A stretch of 64,000 bases of DNA. Source: Phoronis australis. Lineage: Eukaryota; Animalia; Phoronida. The DNA is taken from positions 17,123 to 81,122 of the forward strand of contig NMRA01000281.1 of NCBI GenBank assembly GCA_002633005.1, in the 5' to 3' direction. Under the pieces are notes generated by a model, which saw only the letters and a program-made list of their open reading frames with translations, was not told where the DNA came from and did not search any database. Shown here piece by piece: positions 12,057-23,952 of the stretch; within the stretch, counting starts at the first letter, position 1; the number at the start of each line of letters is the position of its first letter. Position numbers and translations under genes: made by a program.

Positions 12057-13484
12057 ATGCGCGAGATATTACACATGCAGGTGGGCCATTGCGGCAACCG
12101 AATTGGTTCAAAATTCTGGGAGGTCATTTCAGACGAGCACGGAATTGATCCCTGCGGTGAGTACCATGGCGACTCGGAGCTACAGTTGGAACGTGCCAAT
12201 GTGTACTTCACCGAAACAGACAGACATCGATTTGTACCTCGAGCCATTCTAGTTGATCTAGAGCAAGGCGCCATCGACTCCGTACGGGCTAGTCCTTTCG
12301 GTCGTCTCTTTAAACCAGATAACATGATATCTGGAAACAGCGGAGCGGGAAACAATTGGGCAAAAGGTCACTATACAGATGGCGCTGAATTACTCGATCA
12401 AGTGCTAGACGTAACTCGGAAGGAAGCAGAGTCGTGTGATCTCATTCAAGGATTCCAACTGAGCCATTCTCTCGGTGGTGGTACTGGTTCTGGTATGGGA
12501 ACGCTACTTATATCTAGAATACGTGAAGAGTATGGAGACAGAATACTGGTGTCCTTTTCAGTCGCCCCGTCTCCTAAAGTATCGGAAGTTGTCGTTGAGC
12601 CATACAACGCCACGCTATCCGTGCATCAGCTTGTTGAATACACGGATGAAACCTTTTGCATTGACAACGAGGCTCTTTACGACATTTGCTTTAAAACATT
12701 GAAACTGCACACCCCTGGGTATGGTGACCTCAATCACTTGGTCTCTGCAACAATGTCTGGGGTCACGACATGTCTGCGATTTCCTGGACAACTGAACGCT
12801 GATCTTCGAAAGCTTGCTGTGAATATGGTTCCATTCCCTCGATTGCATTTTTTCATGCCCGGGTTTGCTCCGTTAACAGCCCGTGGAAGCCAACCGTACA
12901 GAGCTCTATCGGTTCCAGAACTAACTATGCAATTGTTTGACGCCAAAAACATGATGGCAGCGTGCGACCCAAGGAAAGGGCGATATCTTACAGCCGCCGC
13001 AATCTTTAGAGGGAGGATGTCGATGAAAGAAGTAGACGAACAAATGTTAAATGTTCAAGCAAAAAATAGCTCGTACTTTGTAGAATGGATACCAAACAAT
13101 GTGAAAACCGCAGTGTGCGACATCCCTCCGCGTGGGTTGAAAATGGCCGCCACTTTTATCGGGAACAGCACGTGCATACAGGATATATTCAAAAGAATCT
13201 CCGAGCAGTTTGCAGCCATGTTCCGAAGGCGGGCTTTTCTACACTGGTATTTAGGCGAAGGAATGGACGAACTAGAGTTCACCGAAGCAGAATATAACAT
13301 GAAAGATATGATAGCTGAGTATCAAACCTATCAAGAGGCCTCGGTTGACGACGAGACGTACGAATTCGGGGAAAGCGAGGGCTCTCCGGAAAGAAGCCAT
13401 GTTCCCCAGGATACAGGACCCATTGGAGCGTCTCTGGGAGAGTTCGAAAATGTTCTTGAATCATTAGACACTGGGCCAGCATGA
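12057..13484 (+). CDS. TUBB: Beta-tubulin, intronless, divergent, 475 aa, extended tail
   Basis: MREI start, [37 protein letters not shown] in one uninterrupted ORF; AATAAA at 13677-13682. Confidence 0.98.
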   Translation: MREILHMQVGHCGNRIGSKFWEVISDEHGIDPCGEYHGDSELQLERANVYFTETDRHRFVPRAILVDLEQGAIDSVRASPFGRLFKPDNMISGNSGAGNNWAKGHYTDGAELLDQVLDVTRKEAESCDLIQGFQLSHSLGGGTGSGMGTLLISRIREEYGDRILVSFSVAPSPKVSEVVVEPYNATLSVHQLVEYTDETFCIDNEALYDICFKTLKLHTPGYGDLNHLVSATMSGVTTCLRFPGQLNADLRKLAVNMVPFPRLHFFMPGFAPLTARGSQPYRALSVPELTMQLFDAKNMMAACDPRKGRYLTAAAIFRGRMSMKEVDEQMLNVQAKNSSYFVEWIPNNVKTAVCDIPPRGLKMAATFIGNSTCIQDIFKRISEQFAAMFRRRAFLHWYLGEGMDELEFTEAEYNMKDMIAEYQTYQEASVDDETYEFGESEGSPERSHVPQDTGPIGASLGEFENVLESLDTGPA

Positions 13485-13786
13485 CTGCGTATCTAGATTC
13501 ATAGTTCCCCACGCCCACGCGGGTAAAGGAGTTAACTTGTAAATCCACGTCTTAAATTGACACATTGGTGGATGATATGAAAACAACTCAGTGTATGCGT
13601 TGACAATGGGTAACAGTTTCTCTGAGCATGTCACAAATCATAATGGCATTGGTTATCCTGCACATGTTTTTTCTTCAATAAAAGTTGAACAGTAATGGGT
13701 ACTTGGCCATGCAAGCAACACAATTTTTGAAAAATAATGCAAAGAAAAAAGGTAATCTTAATTCGAATCTACTTTCAATTATCCAT

Positions 13787-14245
13787 TTACTCAGTTTGCT
13801 TACTTTTCACATCAAGCGTATTATCGTGGCAAACAAAGTCATACGCATCTGAAAGTTTCAGAAGTGTAGACGGGGAGAGTAAAGTTGAAGTGGTGATGCT
13901 TTTGGGAGTTTTCGAGTCCACCATCATTTTTGTCGTCGCGCTGGGAGCTCTGCCAAAACTGTCGTTCAGAGAATTCTTCGGTTCCTGTACATATAAGTTC
14001 AGTACACTTCCAGGAGACTTCCGACTGGGAGAGTCCGTGAAAACGCTGCCCGGTGAACTGGCCTTCTCTGGGCTACCATAAGTACCGACCACGATTCGTG
14101 GTATGTTGTCCGAGGCAATACGTTTTGAGTGCTGCGGTAGATCACTGAACTCGTCTGCATTCGGAGTCGACATCATACAAAGTGGTGGGGCCGAAGCAAC
14201 GCGATGACGAATTGTGGTGACGAGCTCCACCATACTTGCAAATGA
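13787..14245 (-). CDS. Putative terminal cytoplasmic exon of the CUB gene (Ser/Pro-rich)
   Basis: ORF 13787-14299 contains SPEKASSPGSVFTDSPSRKSPGS. An in-frame join needs the AG at 14247-14246; the AG 7 nt upstream gives a different, shorter frame. Confidence 0.45.
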   Translation of the reverse strand, partial: SFASMVELVTTIRHRVASAPPLCMMSTPNADEFSDLPQHSKRIASDNIPRIVVGTYGSPEKASSPGSVFTDSPSRKSPGSVLNLYVQEPKNSLNDSFGRAPSATTKMMVDSKTPKSITTSTLLSPSTLLKLSDAYDFVCHDNTLDVKSKQTE

Positions 14246-17200
14246 CTGTTTTCTGCAGGAAAGATGCGTGCAACGTAAATCATACTTACTGCGCAACACA
14301 CAATTTCCATTTTATTGAATCAGAGCTGGGCATAATGCTTAAAACAGAGAATAAACTACATGTATAAGTAGACGATTTTCCCGTGTTATGGACCATCTGT
14401 TGATGCGCCCCACTCACGCACGTTGCGTCAAAACCCGGGCTGCTTCTTCGCGTAAAACAACTTACAAGCCGCGAATATGTACTTAGTTTTACAGGCGTAC
14501 ATGTACATGTAGTTTTAAAGGTGTATGAAATTTAGGCCATGATTGTATTTCACTGGGATTCACTGAACACATACAACGCACTTGTTTTCTTATTTTGATG
14601 ATTCGGACCTATTAACTTAGGAGCTGATGCAATAGTCTGGTACAGGCGGTAGGTTTCACAATGCTACTAGCTTACCTTTATAATCTACCTCTGGTTACGT
14701 GTACATTTGCAAAATCAGGGCTGCATTCCGTAGATGCAATAGGGCCGTTCTGAATTACACGGCGACAAAATCTTTGTCGTGGAGATAAGAAAGCGCGTGA
14801 CCCAGGTTTGGAAATCGGGCACCTTTTCGTGTCTGTCATTGTCGTCGAGAAGCCAAAATTTTTCGGATCACGCATCCAGGGGGATTTGTACAGTTCACCA
14901 AACTTTTTCACGTCGGAGTTGCACCCCACCGCACAGCAGGAATACTTCGTTGGCATTGGAAGGGCGAATGGAGTAATGCAATCGTGAAAAACTCGTAAAG
15001 AATCCGAAAACAACAAATAACATGTAAAACTGTGGCACGAAACCTAGACAGCAAATGTGCCTGACGGATGTTTACGGCATTGTGGCTAAAAACAGCGTGA
15101 TTTGAGTGTGGCTGTGTAATACGGGACGGGCGTTCTGAAACCCGCGAAAACTCAACATCGCGAGACATCGCTTTGTAATATGAGCAAAGCACGTGATCGC
15201 ACCAACCTTTCTTGCATATATTTCTTGGATCTACAAGGAACGCAGCCCTAATTGGCAGACTTGCAGTTGACCAAGATTGGATAGTGTACTTCACCTTAGG
15301 AATCGTACTCTACTCTTATCCCTTGAATACCAAATCGTAAACGGTCACTCTTGGAAACATCTAGTTTACACTCATGTACCCTTATGCACAAACAGCACAT
15401 CGCCAGTAGTCGAAAGTTGTATGATTGGATCACCTGTGTATTAAACTCTCGCACTAAAATCCTGAATATTTTCGAAATGGTATAACTGCAATCTTTTGAC
15501 AATCTGATGGGTACATATTTTCACACACACACACACACACACACGCACATACAGACATGAATATGTATAAAGTATATATATATTTGAAAATAATATTTTT
15601 CATTTCCGGTATGTCTTAGTCTCCCGTTCACTTAAAGGGAATGCACGTGGATTGGTCGACTTGCCCTACCTAATAATTTATTCAGGATGGCGAGATAAAC
15701 TGCACACTCATACATTCCCTTACCTTTCGCTGTTGGTGGGATTTGATGACGTTCTAAATGAAATGTAATGAGGTGCAGACCCCTGACCATCCATCGTGGA
15801 GCCCACATTCTGGTGGTTAAACATTTTACATGGTTAAAGATGCTATGTCTCATTAAAATCGTGAATATTCAAATTTGTAGCAAGCGTCATCTTGTGACTT
15901 CATGGCATTACAGCGTTCTGTCGTTCAGTAACTTTTCCAGACGTGAGGGGTGCTGAACTTGCGATAAAATCTGGCTCTTTTGTTAACTGCCCAGCTCAGT
16001 CTTTTGTCCCGTATGATAACAAGCAGGCCAATTATCTCCCAGGCTTCAAAGGAAACGTATGGTGGTTGCACGCTATTACCGAACGCGTATTCAGAACACA
16101 GTCAAACCCAGTGCGTTGGTAATCCGTTTGGACAGAATAGATTGTCTTAAATTATGTTGTAGGTGGGCGATTTTGGTGATTCAAAAACGTAACTTGATAA
16201 GCATTTGACGAGGAATTTGGTTTAAGCTCAAATATGTTATAACCTAACTTTCATTTTTATCAGCCCAGCTCAGTCAGACTAGATACGATCTGATCGGAGA
16301 TTAGAGCAATTATCTAACAAAAGAGCGCGGGCCCTCCAACCATAAATGCCAGACTGGAGTTAATCAGTCGTGTAAGATATTGGCTACGGGGTTAAACTTC
16401 CCAACTTGATGTTGGGCTATAGAATCGAACAAGTTGGGAGCAACGGGATGTCGCCGTCATGGAGAACTGTCGGTACTAAGCGTAATCGGGAAAAGATGGA
16501 ATGTTTAAATAAAATGCGGCTTTAAACAAAACACCACAGCTGATGTACTTAAAAACAATTCAGTGTGATTATATAACAAATCCTTGTAGGAGACAAATTA
16601 ACAATTATGCACTCACTTGAGCTAAAGTTGAAATATTTTCCCATTGGGGTCTGACAGCGTAGTCATACTCTGGAAATAGAAAACAGAGAAATAACAAACA
16701 TGAGCTTAGAAGGATACTTGATTACCGTTTCGGTGATTTCACCTAAAAGTGGTTACGTTTCGTGCCACAGTGGAATTATTACATAGTACGTTTGTACTGG
16801 GAGATAAAAGCTACATGTATGTAGCGATNNNNNNNNNNNNNNNNNNNNNNNNNNNNNNNNNNNNNNNNNNNNNNNNNNNNNNNNNNNNNNNNNNNNNNNN
16901 NNNNNNNNNNNNNNNNNNNNNNNNNNNNNNNNNNNNNNNNNNNNNNNNNNNNNNNNNNNNNNNNNNNNNNNNNNNNNNNNNNNNNTTTATTCAGGATGGC
17001 GAGATAAACTGCACACTCATACATTCCCTTACCTTTCGCTGTTGGTGGGATTTGATGACGTTCTAAATGAGATGTAATGAGGTACAGACCCCTGACCATC
17101 CATCGTGGAGCCCACATTCTGGTGGTTAAACATATTACATGGTTAAAAGATGCTATGTCTCATTAAAATCGTGAATATTTAAATTTGTAGCAAGCGTCAT

Positions 17201-20200
17201 CTTGTGACTTTATGGCATAACAGCGTTCTGTCGTTCAGTAACTTTTCCAGACGCGAGAGGTGCTGAACGTGCGATAACATCTGGCTCTTTTGTTAACTGC
17301 CCAGCTCAGTCTTTTGTTCCGTATGATAACAAGCAGGCCAATTATCTCTCAGGCTTCAAAGGTAACGTATGGTGATTGCACGCTATTACCGAACGCGTAT
17401 TCAGAAAATAGTCAAACCCAGTGCGTTGGTAATCCGTTTGGAGAGAATAGATTGTCTTAAATTCTGTTGTAGTTGGGCGATTTTGGTGATTCAAAAACGT
17501 AACATGATAAGCATTTGACAAGGAATTTAAAAATTCTATTGGTTTAAGCTCAAATACGTTATAACTTAACTTTCATTTTTATCAGCCCAGCTCAGTCAGG
17601 CTAGATACGATCTGATCGGAGATTAGAGCAATTATCGAACAAGAGAGCGCAGGCCCTCCAACCATAAATGCCAGAATGGAGTTAATCAGTCGTGTAAGAT
17701 ATTAGCTACGGGGGTAAACTTCCCAACTTGTTGTTGGGCTATAGAGTCGAACAAGTTGGGAGCAACGGGATGTCGCCGTCATGGAGAACTGTCGGTACTA
17801 AGCATAATCGGGAAAAGATAGAATTTTTAAATAAAATGCGGCTTTAAAGAAAACACCACAGCTGATGTACTTAAAAACAATTCAGTGTGATTATATAACA
17901 AATCCTTGTAGGAGACAAATTAACAATTATGCACTCACTTGAGCTAAAGTTGAAATATTTTCCCATTGGGGTCTGACAGCGTAGTCATACTCTGGAAATA
18001 GAAAACAGAGAAATAACAAACATGAGCTTAGAAGGATACTTGATTACCGTTTCGGTGATTTCACCTAAAAGTGGTTACGTTTCGTGCCACAGTGGAATTA
18101 GTACATAGTACGTTTGTACTGGGAGATAAAAGCTACATGTATGTAGCGATTCCCGTTGTGTAAAGAAGTGGATCTCTTGTTAGTCGAGGGCGAGATCTTT
18201 CCCGCACACAAGCGTCTGTAAACTCACCCCAAGCGGTAGTCACGTTTGACTATTTCGCGTACTTTGCATGTAGCATTCAAACTTTCTCTAAAATTTAAGA
18301 GACGTGGTTGCCGTAACTATCGCTTAGTTGGCCAAAATGTGATGTACATGTACAGTTGCAGGATCCTTCCTAAGTGCCGAAATTGTACGGTTTGGATTTT
18401 TAAATTTTACTTCAAATTGTACCTATACGAACCTTCTGCTGACGTAATTGAATGTATAACAAGTGGCCGTGGAGAAAGTTCCTCATAATCGTGACGCTCA
18501 GTTGTCGTGGTTATAGCAGGCGCAGCATTAGGGACTTTATCTTTTATCTAGAGACAAACAAAATGATCAGCAAAATTCAAATTGTGCGATGAAATCAAAA
18601 GTTTTCACCGAACAAATTTTGTGTGTGTAAACTTTGACAAATACCTTGTAGCCCGTTTTTGCCCTCGGTTTGGAGCTTAAAATTCAGAACTTGCCTTTGA
18701 ATAAACAGCAGTTGAAGTGACTTTCCAGCCTAATTTAAGTTTGCTTTCAGATTTTACAAAGTCAACGAGCAGTCAAAAGTCGAACGTTTTTCCAGTATCA
18801 TATAGGTAATGAGAAAATAGTGAACAAGGATGCAGATTTCCGAGAATTATCTTTTCATCGTAGGTACAACTCACTCTGTAAGTTCTTTTCGCTAGGACTG
18901 GTAATGGCGGCGATCGGAAGTTGGTGTTCCTGTCGATTTGAGATTGGTCTTTCTTTCCAATGGTTTTCTTTTTCCTTTTGTTCCTTCACAAAGACACATT
19001 CAAGAATTTGGTTGTGTCATACCCCCACAAACGGAATTAATAGGGTCGTTCAAGAGCCAGACACAGTAAGGGAACCAGGTATTAGAAATTCGTTTAAACT
19101 TCACCGCTTCTTACCTAAAACTTAATTTTAACAAAGGAAAGTGGAAACGCGTTTCCTGCAAGCCATTCGGATTCCAGTACATGTGTAAAGCCTACTTTCA
19201 ATACATTTTCCACAGGAAGAGAAACATGACTAACGAAGACGTTAAATGGACACGAATGTGCATTGGAAACAAAACGTGACGCGTACGATCTTCCCAACGT
19301 CTCTAACGTACATAATGTAAACTGAATTTGTAATCATGTCCATGGTATGGCTACTGCAGTGGCGTCGAGTTGGGGGGAGGAGGGCCACTACCCGGAGGTC
19401 CGTGTCAGTTAGAAGGACCAAGCATTGAAATCAAAAATATAAAATAAAATTCGGGCTTGGGCCCATTCGGCTTCAGTTGGACCAGGGTAATGAAAATTGG
19501 AGATCCCCAAGCTTCAACACAGATTGAGAACAGGAAGTCATAATACCCCCCTGACCTTTAATCGATGACGATCCCTGCCAGCTACATAGGGACGGAAAGT
19601 GTGACGTCAAGTACTGCGATAGTCAAGGAGATTCTACCATCTTGGTTCTAACCATTGCCACTTCTCTAAAAGAAATAATCAGTTAATCTCTGTTTTAGAA
19701 GAAAATTGGTCAACATGTTAACCTGTTCAATTCACAGATGCTGTGACATGAGCTTCAGATTTTAAATGGTTGCTTTTTCTTGAACCTTGACAGTTTGAAC
19801 AAATATGTTAGTATATAAGTGAATAGGCTACCGCCATGTTGTTTGTCTCCATATTTGGAGTAGTTCCAAGGAGTGTGACATAATCGCTTTCCGTCCCGAC
19901 TCCTGTGGTCAGTTTTACAATGCCTTGGCTGTCGTCAGTGGTTCACAAGTCGAGACCGCCGCACAAGAATCAACTTTTCTTGGCGCCCTTTTGCAAAAAA
20001 TTGAAGAGCACGCTTTTTCAAGAGAAACTATTTTTAACCAGCGTTGGAAACATTTGCATACGAACAACATTTCGGACTTAGAGCGTCAGCACTTTTTAAT
20101 TTGCCCCAGATCCGTAATTTTCGAGTTACTGGTATTTTAAGATTTTGAGCTGCACGCAGTCTAGTTCAACACTCTTTTCTATTAAAACGTAGTGGTAGTC

Positions 20201-21429
20201 GGATCGTTCCGAAACTCGTCGTCATCTTTCGTCGATCGGCTTCATGGAAACACTGACAATTACCATACATGTACATGTATGTGGGCGCATAAAAATGGAG
20301 ATGTTATTAATTTGGACAGGGGCGTAGCTGTGGGGTGGGCCGACGGGGAAAGGTGTCGCATTGCAATGAGTCTCTGTTTGGCTCTTGATGCCACTGTGGC
20401 ATTAATGAAGTACATAATGCTATGTTACCAGCAAATGCCAAAAATTGCCAAAGCAACCAAAACAGGCAGTGGTGCGCACGCAGAACCAATAATGGTTGAG
20501 ACGTTTAATCCTGACTCTCCTGTAGACGTTCTAGCAGTTGTCGTAATGGTTGAACCAGTTCTGTACCGACCTGAAAAACAAGAACGGTATTAGCTGTTAA
20601 TTAATTTGTTCTGATTCTGGTGAAGCAGTGGAACTAGGTCGCTTCGGGAAGTGCAATGGCGATGTTTTGAGAACTCGAAGTTGTAGCTCTCGTGTCATGA
20701 AAAATGAGAACTTGAAGTCAAAACTTTTGTCTGGCGCACACATTTTGGTAGAGCATTCCTATTTAATTGTTAGCGCATGGTATCACTACGCAATTTTGGC
20801 ATAATGTTTGTAATCTCAAAGACTTTGAACTTTGCAGAACTGAGATTAAATTTTTTGTTGGAAATGTTAAATAAGACCAAATTTCCGACTCAAGCATATA
20901 GTCACTTTTTTATGAAACAGTCTTAATCGCACCGCGCCTGGCATTATCGATAATTTCTCAAATCCAAATTAGCCATTCCGCACGAAATCACGATCACAGC
21001 GATAAGGCTTTGAAAGAGATTTGATCTGCTCACCTCTAAAAATGGGTCTTCCACCCCTCGTCCTGAATACTTGGTAGCTAACCACGAACCCCAAGTGCAC
21101 CGCTGTATCATTTGCATGGCGTCCCGATGTGAAGCTCAACCAAACTCTTCCAGTGTTAACAAAAGGGGGTGGGACGCTGGACCCACACAACTTGCCGCTG
21201 TTGAACACCTTCAGTCCCTGCCTCGAGAATGTCCCATACATCACGTGGCCGTTGGGGCATCGACTGTGGTCGTCGCTAGGAGGCATGCTCATGTTGCGGA
21301 AAACAAGACTGACTGTCTGACCCGAGCCAGCTAAGATGACCCATTCACGCTCCGTGTAGGAGTCGGGGTACTTCGGAAAACCAGGAGAACTGATGTAACC
21401 TTTGGTGCTGCTTAATATCAGTTGACTAT
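13787..21429 (-). CDS. Single-CUB-domain type I membrane protein (spliced; 5' exon(s) not resolved)
   Basis: Exons 21429-21034 (CUB), 20570-20429 (T-rich stalk and TM), 18983-18875 (polybasic juxtamembrane segment) and 14245-13787 (S/P-rich tail). Phases 1/2/0 are compatible; the last junction is the least certain. Confidence 0.65.
15522..15545. repeat. (CA)n microsatellite
   Basis: About 12 CA units seen directly. Confidence 0.95.
15677..18150 (+). repeat. About 1.15 kb direct duplication flanking an N gap (15677-16828 and 16986-18150)
   Basis: Near-identical copies with scattered substitutions and small indels; copy 1 ends and copy 2 begins exactly at the gap edges. Confidence 0.95.
16829..16985. 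other. Assembly gap (N run)
   Basis: 157 N. Confidence 1.
18875..18983 (-). CDS. Juxtamembrane cytoplasmic exon of the CUB gene
   Basis: Phase-2 join gives W-NKRKKKTIGKKDQSQIDRNTNFRSPPLPVLAKRTYR (positive-inside); gtgagt donor. Confidence 0.6.
20429..20570 (-). CDS. Stalk and transmembrane exon of the CUB gene
   Basis: tttttcag acceptor; GRYRTGSTITTTARTSTGESGLNVSTIIGSACAPLPVLVALAIFGIC(W); gtaaca donor. Confidence 0.7.
21034..21429 (-). CDS. CUB domain exon
   Basis: GYISSPGFP.YP, EWVI.A..GQ.V.L.F, KLCGS..P, V.L.F.S and GF...Y match the CUB consensus; ttctag acceptor, gtgagc donor. Confidence 0.85.
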
Positions 21430-23952
21430 CTAGAATGTACCAAGAGTTGAACATCATTGATTGGACAGGTTTACGCTAATCAACAGAGCACGAGTTCAAC
21501 GCACCCCATTGGCTTTCGAGTGAAATTATCCAATTGATCAGTGTACAACGTAATATTTCTTCAGACCTTACTGGTTTTCGTTTTCTCTGGAACAAATTCC
21601 AGACAGCTGTTAAAGAATCCAAGAAGACTTGTATCGCAGATAAAGTATTAACGTGACCCTAAGAAACTCTGGGGCGATTAAAAAGTGTAGGTCCAAATCT
21701 CGACCCACCAGCACTGGCCAGGGGGCGGATCCAGGATTTAGAGTTGGGGGGGGGCAGGGCACAGGAATAACCAAACTTTCGACAAACGCGCCCGCCCAGC
21801 CTAAAGCGTGGGAATGCAGCAGTCTGGAATTTTTGGACCTGTTGACTAAAAAAACAAAAAAAAAACGGTTTGTTCAGGCCTATGCATTGTTTATTCAACC
21901 CCCGAGCCCCCTGGTTGCGCGTGACAAGCGATCATGCTTTATCACAGAAATAGTATTAGCTCTCTTTACTTTATAAAAATAATCTGACAGCTTTTTACAT
22001 TTTCCTTCGTCACTGCTGTGTCCAGAATAAGGTTTGGATCTCCTACACAAAAAACAATTTTATGTTGCTAAGTATAACAATTTCTCTTCTCAAACAATAA
22101 AGATGTCTTGAGCACACTTAAAGCCAAATCGCTCAAGTTTCAGCACGTACTGCTCTAGTGAATTTGGAATTTCACTAGGTACCTTGTAAACCAGCCCGGG
22201 GGTTAATTTTTTTCTCGTCGCAGCATAAGATAACTTGCAGTATAGCCTGTATTCCGATTCACTGAACTTCGAAGAGTACTAACAATGTAAGGAACAAAAT
22301 GTCCCAACTGTCTGGTTCACTCTCAACAAAACAACAAACCGCCTCCATCAGGGTACAGTTATATATTCACACTGACCATTTGCGCTAGCCCTGTAAGAAT
22401 CCACCGACTACCACGTTGAACGCGGGTGGTGACTGTACCATCTGATAACACGGGTCTAGAACTAAATAACTATACATATATAGCAGCGAAAGGTTCCAAA
22501 GGTAGTGAGTGAATGGCTCAAATCTTTCAACCAATAAAACACTGGATTGTTACCTGATTTTCGGGATAGTTGCCAGCACATCGTGATGTGCAGGCTTTTT
22601 AATTTTAGAATTGAAAGTGATCGTCGAATATGTTGCTCATCCAGTAGACGCTTTGGTTGTGATTTGGAGGATTGACGTGCATGCTATGTGTGTGTTTTTA
22701 TCTTTGAATACAGTACACTTAACTTTAATTGGCAGTCCTCTGCCGTTGCTCAAGAACCAGACATTCACTGTGTTTTCTCTCACCGAGAAAGCCCGCCGAC
22801 AAGCATTTCACGTTATTTGGTAAAAGTAGGATTGCACCAAATAAAAATCTTTTTTTTAACGAAGAAATGTCTTCTCTTGTAAATTATTGTCAATGGTGCA
22901 CAACATCGCAGACTTCATACGAGCAACAATTTGACGGAAGAGACTTCAAAGGTTAGATATCTCTTCTCCTAAGGATCACTGTTGCGAAACCATGTTCTTA
23001 CATGTAAGTCCGACAATTTACTACTAGCTCTGAATGTCTGCTAAGGAGGCGGAACTGGTATTCATAAACTATTGGATTTGTGTCCATTTGGTAAACATTT
23101 AACTGGTGTGCCAAACATGAATAGTTCTTGAAACACTGATTGCATTGTTTGCAAATGAACTCAGTTACAATTATTCATAATCGCCATTCTTGAATATAAA
23201 ACACAACATCTGGGGCACGGGGATATTTCATTTCAGAGTTGCCGGCGGCGACTTATGGGTGGCTTTAAATTCAGGAAGACTGGATGTGACTCTTTGACTT
23301 AGTGAAGACTGACGGGGATAGTGAAACCTACAGCATTTAGTTCCGACCCGGCCATATGGCTTTTCTGATGGGGTTGATGAGGTGGTGCGGATAAACTTTT
23401 TAGTCGCGCTGTGAAATTATGCAATCTTGACATAGATTTGGTGAATGTATCTTGGTTGATAATTCATCAATATTCCTACTTCACACTTTTTTCATAATGC
23501 AAGTACGCATTCATTTTCCGTATTCACAGGAAATGCTTTGAAGCCCCCGTTCGCATGTACAAGAAACCCACAGTTAAAGTTTATGAATACCATTGGGTTT
23601 GCTGTACTTTCTTTACTCTGAGACAAGAATAATCCACCTTTATCAGGTATACTACCCCTAAGCAACCATTCACACAGTAGAGTCAGACAGGATTTTCTTT
23701 TCTGATGATTCAGCAAATCTGTCATAGGGTACAGACTGGTTCCACCAACAGAGACTAATCTATTAATACCCAAAGTCCAACATCAGTTAGTACCTCAGCA
23801 GACTGAATTCGTTGAGAAATCTTCTCAAATGTTGGATTACGTATGTCAAAAAAGCGGACGAATATCAACAACCCCAGTCCTACTACAGTTTTTACAGCAT
23901 CATTTTGTTTTCGTTTTCTGCATCTTTAGGTTCTCCCGATCAGTGACTGTAC

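Noticed and set aside
10027-13300. Antisense ORFs over both tubulins (10027-10608, 10609-10947, 11951-12355, 12734-12952, 13055-13300)
   Set aside because: They are shadow ORFs of conserved coding sequence; their mutual similarity only mirrors tubulin paralogy.
20426-20428. TAA right after the TM helix read as a nonsense mutation or true stop
   Set aside because: It overlaps a GT donor (TG|gtaaca) that splices in frame to a polybasic exon at 18983.
20192-20593. 133-aa + strand ORF
   Set aside because: It is antisense to the TM exon of the CUB gene and has no independent coding features.
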